Origin: a virus
Lineage: Duplodnaviria; Caudoviricetes
Length of the DNA: 53,910 nucleotides
Direction: 5' to 3' (one strand)
Virus record (IMG/VR): IMGVR_UViG_3300006790_000002
Location: 1 to 53,910 of that record
The position numbers and the translations under genes are program-made. Of the stretch, positions 7,737 to 15,643 are shown piece after piece. Positions within the stretch are counted from its first letter, which is position 1. Each line of letters opens with the position of its first letter. The notes under the pieces were generated by a model. The model saw only the letters and a program-made list of their open reading frames with translations, was not told the origin of the DNA and ran no database searches.

Positions 7737-10247
7737 ATGCTTTACCCAATCTGCGAAAACTGCGCCCTCAACACGGGCGATGCCACTCCGGTACTATCTG
7801 AAACGCACGATGATGATCGCGTGATCATTCTGGGAGATTCTCCCGGTATGCACGAGGTAGTCGAAGGCCGTCCCTTTGTTGGCCCGGCTGGGCTTGAACT
7901 CCAGTCTGCGCTGAACGCGCTGAATGTGCCCAGGGATAGATGCTACATCGCCAATGCTGTGCGCTGTCGTCCTCCGAAGAATGACTTGGAGACAGTAAAT
8001 ATAAAGGTTTCTCGAATCAACCGAAGGAGAGAGAAACTCGCTAAAGAAAACGGAACGGAGGCTGTCCGGCTGCTCCGTCCTCTTGATGCCTGCAAGACGT
8101 TGCTACTTGAAGAGCTTCGACTTTCCGGAATCAAGAAGGTCATCTGTTTAGGGAAAAATGCCGCCAGAGCAATCCGTGGTGGAGATGTCTCCATCATGAA
8201 CATTCGAGGCGGGTGCGAACTTGTCGAGGCACCCTGGGATCCTGAAGTAACTCTGGAGGTGGCGTATACCATGCATCCTTCCTGGGTTATCCGGCAGGCT
8301 GCTTACCGCGAAGTCTTTCGCCATGACCTGCGAAAAGCATTTCGCTTCTTCTCGGGCAACCTGGACTGGCCCGAACCAAAGATCACTCGCACCAACGAGG
8401 TGGAGGTTCTTGAGCGGTTCCTTGCCCGGTGGAGGGCGAACAAGACTCCCGTCGCCTATGACTTGGAGACTGACGGGATTGATCCAATGACCGCTAACGT
8501 GCGCTGCGTAGGTTTGGGCAATGAAGAAGAAGCGTTAGTTGTGGAAATCTTGAGCATCGATGGGACTTCTTTAGCGACTCCGGATCAAGTTGTTCTTCTC
8601 CAAAACTCACTAAAGAAGTTCTTCCTCGATCCGCAGGTTCCTTTACTCGGACACAACGCAGGACAGTACGACCGGCTCTGTGTGGAGTCATGGCTGGGCA
8701 TCACCCCAAACCTGACTTGCGATACCATTCTCCTGCACTTGCTCGCAGACAACGAACTCCCTCACAACCTGGGCTTTGTCGGTTCTTTCTACACGGACAA
8801 TCCCGAAGCCTGGAAAGCAGACCACACGGCAGTTGAGGCAAAGACCGACGAGGAGCTTCATATCTACTGTGGCAAGGATGTTTGCGTCACGGCTCGCATC
8901 GCGCAGCCTCTTGCCCGGGATGTGAGGAAGCGTCGCCAACAGCACCTTCTTCCACGAGAGCACATGCTTCAATCTCTGGGCGCTACGATGGAGAGAGTCG
9001 GCATGGGAGTCGACTTGGCCAAGGCTACTGAACACTTGATCAGACTGGACACGGAGGCAAAGATCCATCTCCGCAGATGCCAGGATCTCGTCGGTGAGGG
9101 ATTCAATCCGCAAAGCACTCGTCAGATGGCGAACCTTCTCTTCACGGAGTGGGGCTTGGCTCCCCATCACTACTCGGAGAAGACGGGAGATCCCTCTACG
9201 GATGACGAAACTCTCCGCACAATGATCGTTCATTACGGCTTGGACGAGGAGCGAGTTTCAGTGTTGCGCTCAGTGAGGACTTATCGCAAAGTCACCAAAC
9301 TCCTGGGCACCTACATCCGACCCCTGATCCAGAAACAGATCACGAGAATCCATCCCAGCTACAACCGTCTCCCAGCTACGGGCAGATACTCTTCGAGCAA
9401 TCCGAACGCTCAGAATATCCCGTACAGTCTGCGGGACATCTTTGTTGCCCGGGAGGGGTGTGTTCTGGTTGGCGCTGACATGGACCAGCTTGAGCTTCGC
9501 TTGATCGCTGAAGAGGCCAAGGCAAAGCATTCACTCCGAGTTATTCGAGAAGGACTCGACCCACACAACGAGACGATGGAGATCGTATATGGCAAAGGGA
9601 TATGGAAACTCGAAGGAGCCCCCAGTGATCGTAAGGAGAAAGGCAAGGGCACCTTCAAAGCCACCCGTGACATCACGAAAAACACACGCTACGCTTGGCA
9701 GTACGCTGCTTCAACTAAGCGAATCCACGAACAAATCGTCTCGGTCGAAGACGACGAAGGGAACCTCCTCTACTCGCACCTCACGGTCGAAGACGTTCGG
9801 CAAGTAGTCGAAGGTCTCAAGCGAGCAGATCCAGAGATCCCTCGCTGGTGGAGGATGATCGAAACTCGCTACCGGAAAGAAGGCTTCATTGGAGATTCTC
9901 TCTGGGATCGTCGTCGCTACTTCAGGAATGAAGACAAGATCAACGAGCTTGTAAACCACCCCATCCAGTCTGGAGGAGTGGTGATCGTCAATGAGGCGAT
10001 GCTTGAGTTGATCTACGGAGTCCAGGATTGGTTTGCTACAGAAGCGATCGATCCTCCCAACCAAACACTCCCGGTAGAGTGGCTGATCAATCACGGCCAC
10101 GATGCTCTCTATTTAGAGGTGCCCGAGAGTGAAGCAGAGTTTGCTGCGGAAGTTCTGGAAAAAGCCATGAACAGACGCAGGAAAGTGAACCCGCTCCTCG
10201 ATTACACCGCTGCTGCGGACATCGGTAATCGGTGGAGTGAGGTGTAA
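7737..10247 (+). CDS. Family A DNA polymerase with N-terminal family-4 uracil-DNA glycosylase-like domain and 3'-5' exonuclease
   Basis: UDG: CENC, GDSPG..E..EGRPFVG.AG, NAVRCRPP, CLG, HPS. Exonuclease: YDLET, GHNAGQYD, YCGKD. Polymerase: TGRYSS, ADMDQLELR, RDITKNTRYAWQY, HDALY. Start uncertain (7569 vs 7737). Confidence 0.93.
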   Translation: MLYPICENCALNTGDATPVLSETHDDDRVIILGDSPGMHEVVEGRPFVGPAGLELQSALNALNVPRDRCYIANAVRCRPPKNDLETVNIKVSRINRRREKLAKENGTEAVRLLRPLDACKTLLLEELRLSGIKKVICLGKNAARAIRGGDVSIMNIRGGCELVEAPWDPEVTLEVAYTMHPSWVIRQAAYREVFRHDLRKAFRFFSGNLDWPEPKITRTNEVEVLERFLARWRANKTPVAYDLETDGIDPMTANVRCVGLGNEEEALVVEILSIDGTSLATPDQVVLLQNSLKKFFLDPQVPLLGHNAGQYDRLCVESWLGITPNLTCDTILLHLLADNELPHNLGFVGSFYTDNPEAWKADHTAVEAKTDEELHIYCGKDVCVTARIAQPLARDVRKRRQQHLLPREHMLQSLGATMERVGMGVDLAKATEHLIRLDTEAKIHLRRCQDLVGEGFNPQSTRQMANLLFTEWGLAPHHYSEKTGDPSTDDETLRTMIVHYGLDEERVSVLRSVRTYRKVTKLLGTYIRPLIQKQITRIHPSYNRLPATGRYSSSNPNAQNIPYSLRDIFVAREGCVLVGADMDQLELRLIAEEAKAKHSLRVIREGLDPHNETMEIVYGKGIWKLEGAPSDRKEKGKGTFKATRDITKNTRYAWQYAASTKRIHEQIVSVEDDEGNLLYSHLTVEDVRQVVEGLKRADPEIPRWWRMIETRYRKEGFIGDSLWDRRRYFRNEDKINELVNHPIQSGGVVIVNEAMLELIYGVQDWFATEAIDPPNQTLPVEWLINHGHDALYLEVPESEAEFAAEVLEKAMNRRRKVNPLLDYTAAADIGNRWSEV

Positions 10248-10266
10248 GGCAACAACAGGAGTCATC

Positions 10267-10506
10267 ATGCCTAACAGTAAAATAAGTCCCGAAGAGTTCA
10301 TCACCGCCTGGCAGTCGAGCCAGACTTTAGCAGAAGTCACTCGTAAGCTCGGTATGTCCAACACGCAGGCCAAGAGGACTGCACTCAACACGCGAGCAGC
10401 GAACTACCGCAAGAAGGGAGTGGCCTTGAAGAAGTTCAAGAAACGAGAGCGCCAGGGACATGACTGGAAGTATCTCGCCTACCTCGCAGACGAGGCACTG
10501 AAATGA
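10267..10506 (+). CDS. Small basic protein, probable HTH DNA-binding
   Basis: AGGAG SD; QTLAEVTRKLGMS helix-turn-helix-like segment; Lys/Arg-rich. Confidence 0.65.
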   Translation: MPNSKISPEEFITAWQSSQTLAEVTRKLGMSNTQAKRTALNTRAANYRKKGVALKKFKKRERQGHDWKYLAYLADEALK

Positions 10507-11012
10507 GTCAAGTGATTAGGATCTTCTACGCCCACCCATCAGGGGAGGACAAGAAGACCATTGCGAAGCAAAGCATTCGCATTAGAGAGTTAGTCCGCGG
10601 TCGGGGAGATCGTGTGGGTAAGGATCTGAGAGTTTCTGTCATCTCGGGAAGGGACGACTTTCGGATCAACTGCCGGGGAGATTGGAGCGTATGGGCCAAG
10701 AGTGTAGTGAAGAGAGAGCACGCAATCACTCGAAAGCCATACTACGACTTCATCGTGATCCCCAGCACAACAGTAGGCAGGGCGACCGCACAGATTGTTG
10801 GTTTGGCGGTCAAACGTGGTCGTCCTGTCTTTCTGTTGACCACTGACCAGGACAAGGATCGACTTGAGAGAGTCACTCAAGTCTATCCGTTCGATGTAGA
10901 CGACTGGCAGGGAGGCTTTCGTTGTGAGGGCCCCCCTTCCCCCAAGGAGCCCGGGGAGGGTTCGGAACAGCTTGAACTCCCGTTGGAGTTGAAGGGAAAT
11001 CCTAATGGGTAA
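10503..11012 (+). CDS. Hypothetical protein with nucleoside 2-deoxyribosyltransferase-like pattern
   Basis: IFYAHP ... DFIVIP...GRATAQIVGLAVKRGRPVFLL; ATGA coupling with the upstream gene. Confidence 0.55.
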   Translation: MSQVIRIFYAHPSGEDKKTIAKQSIRIRELVRGRGDRVGKDLRVSVISGRDDFRINCRGDWSVWAKSVVKREHAITRKPYYDFIVIPSTTVGRATAQIVGLAVKRGRPVFLLTTDQDKDRLERVTQVYPFDVDDWQGGFRCEGPPSPKEPGEGSEQLELPLELKGNPNG

Positions 11013-11262
11013 AACACCTATAGACATTCAGACATTAGCGAACGTTCGGACAGACTGCGGGCCGATCATCACCAAGCTTCTATCGACCGGAATGTCCTAC
11101 GAACTGATCGCAGTAAAGATGGGCGAACATCTCGCTGGGACGAATCCCAGTGTTCAGAGTCTTGTTCGCTGGAAAAAGGGAGTAAGCATCCCCACCCGGG
11201 CAAACGGAGCCGCATTGCTTCGCCTGTACTGGGAGATCTTCGGAGAGGAGGGAGAAGAATGA
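11005..11262 (+). CDS. Small HTH (Cro/XRE-like) protein
   Basis: GMSYELIAVKMG...SVQSLVRWKKGVSIP pattern. Confidence 0.65.
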   Translation: MGKTPIDIQTLANVRTDCGPIITKLLSTGMSYELIAVKMGEHLAGTNPSVQSLVRWKKGVSIPTRANGAALLRLYWEIFGEEGEE

Positions 11263-12581
11263 GTCACGTTGTACGATTGATCTCGAACATCAAGAGCCCG
11301 GATGGGACTCCCTATGAAGTACCCCTGGGCAAGAACACGGTCTTGATCGGAGCGAATGAAGCCGGAAAGAGTGCGATTGCAGAATCGGTCCAACTTGCCC
11401 GGACAGGTATGGCTTACGGTCTCCTCTACCGGGACAAGCCAATCAAAGACGGATCACTCTTGTCTGCTCTGATTCCAGACATCTCGAACTCCGCTATTGT
11501 CACGGCAGAGTTGAGCGACGGAGAGACTTCGTTCTGGGAACTGGAGAGGGGCAAACGGCCCAAGGGAGGAGGATTCAAAGGCTCGACCTTGTCTGTTGCG
11601 GAACTCCATTCTGTGATGGCGGGCAACGATGAGACCAAGGCGAAGTTCTTCTGGAGCAAGCTCTGCTCGAATGTTCCTCTCGGAGATCTCATGGGACTCA
11701 TCGACGAGGATCTCCACGAGGCCCTGGTTCTTGTGTGCCCGCTGGCAGATGGACGAGTCAATCTCGTAGATGCTCTCGCTCGTCTCGGTAAGATTCAGCG
11801 AGATCAATCCAGCACGATGAAGGCCGGACAGATTGCTCTGGAGTCCCTGGGATCTTTCCAAGAAGTCAGCGACGAGGAGTTGACCGGTGTTGCCAAGGGG
11901 CTATCTCGCGCACATCTTCGGGACCTGGTACAGACGATCTATCTCGACTATCGGGCAGATCCTACGCTCCAGGCTTCTCATGTCTTGCGTCATCTGGTTT
12001 CGCTTCTTGGAGGCCAGGATGCCATCAAGCGCATTCCTCCCACGGAAGAAGTGCAAGCTGAGTACGCGGAAGTGCTTCTGTCGAAGCGACTCTGTCGCGC
12101 TGCGATTGCTGCCCGGAATGGGGAGAAGCGTGCGAAGACTCTCCAGGAGTCACTGAAGCAACTCAAGTCAGCACTCATGGAAGTGATGTTCAAGATGATC
12201 GATGCTGCTTCTCGCAACTTCGCAGACGCTGTTAGCGTCTTTCTGCCCGAGGGGGAGAAGTTCGTGTTCGATGTGCAGGGAGATGTTCGACTTCGAATCG
12301 GCCTGGAACGAGACAACGAAACGCATACCGCCCTGTCAGGAAGCACTGAAGCTCGTCTGCTTGCAGCGATTGCTTCTGAGTTGGGAGGAAGCCAAGATCT
12401 GATCGTTGTGGATGATCGGATGTGGGATGCAGATACTCTGTCCCGGACCATGGGTGTGCTGGAGAAAGCTCGCTCTCAGGTAATCCTGATGACAACGCTA
12501 AAGCCAAAAGGGAGAAAGAAAGCAAACTGGACATACGTCGAGATTGCTCGATCTCCTGGTCATCCACTTGAGGTGAACTAA
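11259..12581 (+). CDS. Rad50/SMC-like ABC-type ATPase with short coiled coil
   Basis: Walker A GANEAGKS at the N-terminus; signature LSGSTE and Walker B LIVVDD at the C-terminus. Confidence 0.8.
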   Translation: MSHVVRLISNIKSPDGTPYEVPLGKNTVLIGANEAGKSAIAESVQLARTGMAYGLLYRDKPIKDGSLLSALIPDISNSAIVTAELSDGETSFWELERGKRPKGGGFKGSTLSVAELHSVMAGNDETKAKFFWSKLCSNVPLGDLMGLIDEDLHEALVLVCPLADGRVNLVDALARLGKIQRDQSSTMKAGQIALESLGSFQEVSDEELTGVAKGLSRAHLRDLVQTIYLDYRADPTLQASHVLRHLVSLLGGQDAIKRIPPTEEVQAEYAEVLLSKRLCRAAIAARNGEKRAKTLQESLKQLKSALMEVMFKMIDAASRNFADAVSVFLPEGEKFVFDVQGDVRLRIGLERDNETHTALSGSTEARLLAAIASELGGSQDLIVVDDRMWDADTLSRTMGVLEKARSQVILMTTLKPKGRKKANWTYVEIARSPGHPLEVN

Positions 12582-12805
12582 GACTTCTTCTTGCCTGCGG
12601 CTGCCATCTTCTGGAACTTGGCTTTGCCATACTTCTTCCGGCCGATGGCGGCTGCAACGGCACCCGGATCTTCCGCACCGCTCGCTTCTATGCTCTTCTC
12701 CAGGGCTTTGAAGCGCTTACCCTCTCCGGGCTTCGAGGTCTTCTTGGCTTTCTCGTAGGCTTTTTTCGCGGCTTTCTTCCGCATGTCTTTGAGATTTCCG
12801 GGCAT
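12578..12805 (-). CDS. Small Lys-rich late protein carrying the shared helix tag
   Basis: AGGAG SD; begins MPGNLKDMRKKAAKKAY; last gene of the late block. Confidence 0.8.
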   Translation of the reverse strand: MPGNLKDMRKKAAKKAYEKAKKTSKPGEGKRFKALEKSIEASGAEDPGAVAAAIGRKKYGKAKFQKMAAAGKKKS

Positions 12806-12899
12806 CGTGTTCTCCTAAAAATAGTGGTGGGGGAGGAGAAGAATAAACAGGCACATCTTCTCTAAGGGCCCAACGCCTCATCTCCCCCACCACCCTATC

Positions 12900-13097
12900 T
12901 CATTCGGCTGCTTCTTCTTCGGGCGCTGGTTCTTCAACTGGCTCCGAGACGGGAGCAGCTTCTTCTACTTCTGGAGCAACTTCTTGCTCTTCTCCCAAGA
13001 AGTGGCAGGTGCCCAGGGATGAAGAGACGATGATTGCGCCTCCTGCAAGGGCGACCTTGAGGTTCAGCTTCTCTTTGATTTCTTTCAGTTTGCTCAT
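12900..13097 (-). CDS. Small membrane or lipoprotein-like protein with acidic tail (possible lysis accessory)
   Basis: Basic N-terminus, hydrophobic stretch ending LGTC, Glu/Pro/Ala tail; directly downstream of the endolysin candidate. Confidence 0.55.
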   Translation of the reverse strand: MSKLKEIKEKLNLKVALAGGAIIVSSSLGTCHFLGEEQEVAPEVEEAAPVSEPVEEPAPEEEAAE

Positions 13098-13099
13098 GA

Positions 13100-13693
13100 C
13101 TACCACTCCGTGATGAGGGTGTAAGTGAAGGTAGGTGCCCAGGTGGGGTGAGTTTCGATCTGTTTGTGGCACAAGGCGATCAACTCATCAAAGTCCTTAC
13201 TTCGGGCAAAGACCTGACAACCAGCAGACCACTTATCTACCTGAGTAGAGTTAGCGCCAGCTTTGTGGATGTTGCATCCGAAGAACCCTTCCTGGATAGT
13301 GTCGGGATCCATGTCATGGACGTTGTCTCTATTTCCGTCCCGGTAGACTTGGATCTTCCCGTTTCGTTGGCAAAGAGCCTCGTACTTGCCCGCGTGGAGA
13401 TCTAACTTGTAGACAGATCTGTACTGCCCGGGGACGACGATCGCGGTTCCTGCTTCATTGCCGTAGACTTCTGGATTCTTCAGGCAGAACTCACCGGGGT
13501 CAGTAGTCGCAGCCCAGTACTTCACAGTCCACGGGCCATCCTCTTCCTCACGGTAAGCACAGCAGATGAAGTCGTTGAAGCTATTCCCGTTCTGGTTCGC
13601 CCGGATCCCGATGATGTTCAGGTTGTAGGCGTACCCACCATCGAAGATCCGATAGCCGAACTTCTGGACCTGCTTCAGTAGTTCTGGAATCAT
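13100..13693 (-). CDS. Putative endolysin, L,D-transpeptidase (YkuD)-like Cys/His enzyme
   Basis: LNIIGIR, ATTDPG, PGQY and NIHKAG...WSAGCQV (H-x13-S-x-G-C). Confidence 0.65.
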   Translation of the reverse strand: MIPELLKQVQKFGYRIFDGGYAYNLNIIGIRANQNGNSFNDFICCAYREEEDGPWTVKYWAATTDPGEFCLKNPEVYGNEAGTAIVVPGQYRSVYKLDLHAGKYEALCQRNGKIQVYRDGNRDNVHDMDPDTIQEGFFGCNIHKAGANSTQVDKWSAGCQVFARSKDFDELIALCHKQIETHPTWAPTFTYTLITEW

Positions 13694-13917
13694 CGTGCTT
13701 TGATCTCTTGGACTTTCTGGAACATGAGATCGCATAGAAGGTCAACAGCGAATCCAATGACTCTTTCCTCTTGCCGTTCATTGAGAATCGGGAAGTTGAC
13801 ATGCTCATTGATGAACGTGACAACCCACTTCCGTTTCTTCTTACCCGATCCGGGCTCGGGGAACAGGTCTTCAGCCATCAAGATTGCCTGTTGAAGGATT
13901 TTTCCTCGGTTCTTCAT
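13690..13917 (-). CDS. Small hypothetical protein in the lysis region
   Basis: ATGA overlaps on both sides; AEDLF..GSGKKK pattern resembles the soluble part of LL-H-type holins, but no clear transmembrane helix. Confidence 0.6.
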   Translation of the reverse strand: MKNRGKILQQAILMAEDLFPEPGSGKKKRKWVVTFINEHVNFPILNERQEERVIGFAVDLLCDLMFQKVQEIKAR

Positions 13918-14198
13918 TTCTTCTCCATCTTCTTCTTGGCACTCTCACGAACAGCAGATCTCTTCTTGCCCTCGTGTAGGCCGTGTTTCGCAAACTGTTT
14001 TCCCTGAGAGGTAGCTTCTCGCTTCTTCTTGTTTGCCGCAGCGAGTTTCTTCTTACCTTTCTTGGTAGACTTCAGAGCTTGGATGGTCTTCTTAGGCGCA
14101 TAGACCTCTCCGGTATCCCCGCTCTTCTTGCCCGAGGGGGTGGTCCATTCTTGCTTGGTCCAGGTATCCAGAGACTTTTGGGTCTTAGTCTTCGCCAT
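13914..14198 (-). CDS. Small basic protein (second half of a DUF5872-like family, from recollection)
   Basis: QKSLDTWTKQEW..SG...TGEVY.PKK pattern; TGATG coupling with the upstream gene. Confidence 0.7.
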   Translation of the reverse strand: MAKTKTQKSLDTWTKQEWTTPSGKKSGDTGEVYAPKKTIQALKSTKKGKKKLAAANKKKREATSQGKQFAKHGLHEGKKRSAVRESAKKKMEKK

Positions 14199-14428
14199 CA
14201 GTTCTTGTAGCCTCCGCCCGCTTCTTTGTACTGCTTCGCGAGCATCTGAGCCTTACGGGCAGACCACTGTCCGGGCTTACCGCCCTTACTTCCGGCTTTG
14301 ATCTTCTCAAAAAGACGCTTACGGAGTCCGGGCTTAGTGTAGTTCCCGGACTCATTCACTCGGCTCTCGCCCTTCTTGTAAGCCTTCTTTGCGGCTTTCT
14401 TCCGCATCTTTTTGAGTTTAGTAGGCAT
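14198..14428 (-). CDS. Small basic protein (first half of a DUF5872-like family) with N-terminal helix tag
   Basis: NYTKPGLRKRL..IKAGSKGGKPGQWSARKAQMLAKQYK.AGGGY. Confidence 0.75.
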   Translation of the reverse strand: MPTKLKKMRKKAAKKAYKKGESRVNESGNYTKPGLRKRLFEKIKAGSKGGKPGQWSARKAQMLAKQYKEAGGGYKN

Positions 14429-14687
14429 CTCCGCCCTTCTTCTTGCCCATTGCTTTCTTCGCGGCGTCTTTCCTCATCTTCTTGAGGTCGTAGTCTTTCT
14501 TGCCATTCTTCTTCATAGATTTCATTGCGTTCTCTTTCGCATCGCCAGAGAGTTCTTCCAAGTGAAATAGAGGAACAGACGATTCTGTGTGTGTCTTGCC
14601 CGAGTGGAGACTCCCGTCGGGCATCTTGTGGTACCCGCCCTTGTGGAGAGTTCCGTCTTTCTTGTAATGGGGTACGCCTTCTGCCAT
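14418..14687 (-). CDS. Small His/Lys-rich protein with C-terminal helix tag
   Basis: HYKKDG..HKGGYHKMPDGSLHSGKTH; AGGAG SD. Confidence 0.75.
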   Translation of the reverse strand: MAEGVPHYKKDGTLHKGGYHKMPDGSLHSGKTHTESSVPLFHLEELSGDAKENAMKSMKKNGKKDYDLKKMRKDAAKKAMGKKKGGDAY

Positions 14688-14696
14688 GATCTTCTC

Positions 14697-15005
14697 CTAC
14701 CACTTCACGCGATTTGCCCAGTAAGCTGCGCTCATCTTGCCTTTCTTGATGTTCTTCTGGTGTCGAGACTTGAAGCTCTTACGCTTCTTCTTCATGCGCT
14801 CTGATTCTCCAGCCTTGGGCTTTCCTGCCGTGCTGGCTCCTTGCTCTCCAAAGCGAATCAGTTTGACCTTGTCGCCCTCTTTCGCCATGACCATGTGACT
14901 CTTCTTAGGATGGTCCGGAGTTCTCTTAGGCTTGTTGAAGCCTTTGAGTCCGTGCTTCTTCATGGCATTTCGGGCAGCCTTGAGGCGGCTTTCTTTCATA
15001 CTCAT
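14697..15005 (-). CDS. Small basic protein
   Basis: KKSHMV...KLIRFGEQG...RKSFKSRH...SAAYWANRVKW, a pattern I recall from conserved small viral proteins. Confidence 0.75.
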   Translation of the reverse strand: MSMKESRLKAARNAMKKHGLKGFNKPKRTPDHPKKSHMVMAKEGDKVKLIRFGEQGASTAGKPKAGESERMKKKRKSFKSRHQKNIKKGKMSAAYWANRVKW

Positions 15006-15160
15006 TCGACTGCCTTTAGTACTCGCTCAAAAAGTTCTTCATATTTCCTGGTCATCTTAGTGAGTTGCATGCCCATCTTCTTATTCTGGTAGATGAGGTA
15101 GAAGATAAACATGCCGGTGATACCGAGGTCAATGAGTTGTGCTATGAACTCGGATTCCAC
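15002..15160 (-). CDS. Putative holin-like single-TM protein, 52 aa (not in the ORF track)
   Basis: GTG start after GGAGGT; MESEFIAQLIDLGITGMFIFYLIYQNKKMGMQLTKMTRKYEELFERVLKAVE; ATGA overlap with the next gene. Confidence 0.6.
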   Translation of the reverse strand: MESEFIAQLIDLGITGMFIFYLIYQNKKMGMQLTKMTRKYEELFERVLKAVE

Positions 15161-15352
15161 CTAAACCTCCATAAGAACCGCGAGAGCTTGAACCAAGACT
15201 ACAGCCGCGATGATCACCCCTTGGGCTTTGTGGAGTTCTTTCTTGAGGAGTTGGATGTCATCTCGAATCGAGGACATCTCGTTCTCTACATGTTCCATTC
15301 GTTGGCCCAGGACGGCTACGTCGGTTTCAAGCTGTCGTACTCGCTGCTCCAT
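15161..15352 (-). CDS. Coiled-coil protein with C-terminal TM helix (XhlA-like lysis accessory)
   Basis: Heptad N-terminus followed by GVIIAAVVLVQALAVLM. Confidence 0.6.
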   Translation of the reverse strand: MEQRVRQLETDVAVLGQRMEHVENEMSSIRDDIQLLKKELHKAQGVIIAAVVLVQALAVLMEV

Positions 15353-15361
15353 CGTTCACCC

Positions 15362-15640
15362 CTACATTGCACCGCGCAGATACCACAGCTTCTCGTCGGA
15401 TGCAGCATCGGTGAACGAATAGATATTGTGGACGTGAATCTCCATATCCACATCTTCTGGGGCAGAGCCCAGGAGATTGGACACGCGAGTAGCCGTTGCC
15501 TCTACAGCGACAAAGTTCGAGTAAGAAGCCGCTTTGGAGGTTGTCCCCATCTCGACTCCCCACAAGTTACCGGCTTGTACGTCGGCCACAATGTCGTCAG
15601 CAGCCTGAGTGCTGGATGTCTCAAACATAACTATGTCCAT
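15362..15640 (-). CDS. Hypothetical protein, 92 aa (possible tail-fibre accessory)
   Basis: Tightly packed after the tail-fibre candidate; GGAG SD. Confidence 0.6.
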   Translation of the reverse strand: MDIVMFETSSTQAADDIVADVQAGNLWGVEMGTTSKAASYSNFVAVEATATRVSNLLGSAPEDVDMEIHVHNIYSFTDAASDEKLWYLRGAM

Positions 15641-15643
15641 GGT

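Noticed and set aside
7737-10247. DpoZ or modified-base (Z, hmU) genome
   Set aside because: I recognised no PurZ, DatZ, MazZ, dUMP hydroxymethylase or similar genes; divergent polymerase motifs alone are insufficient.
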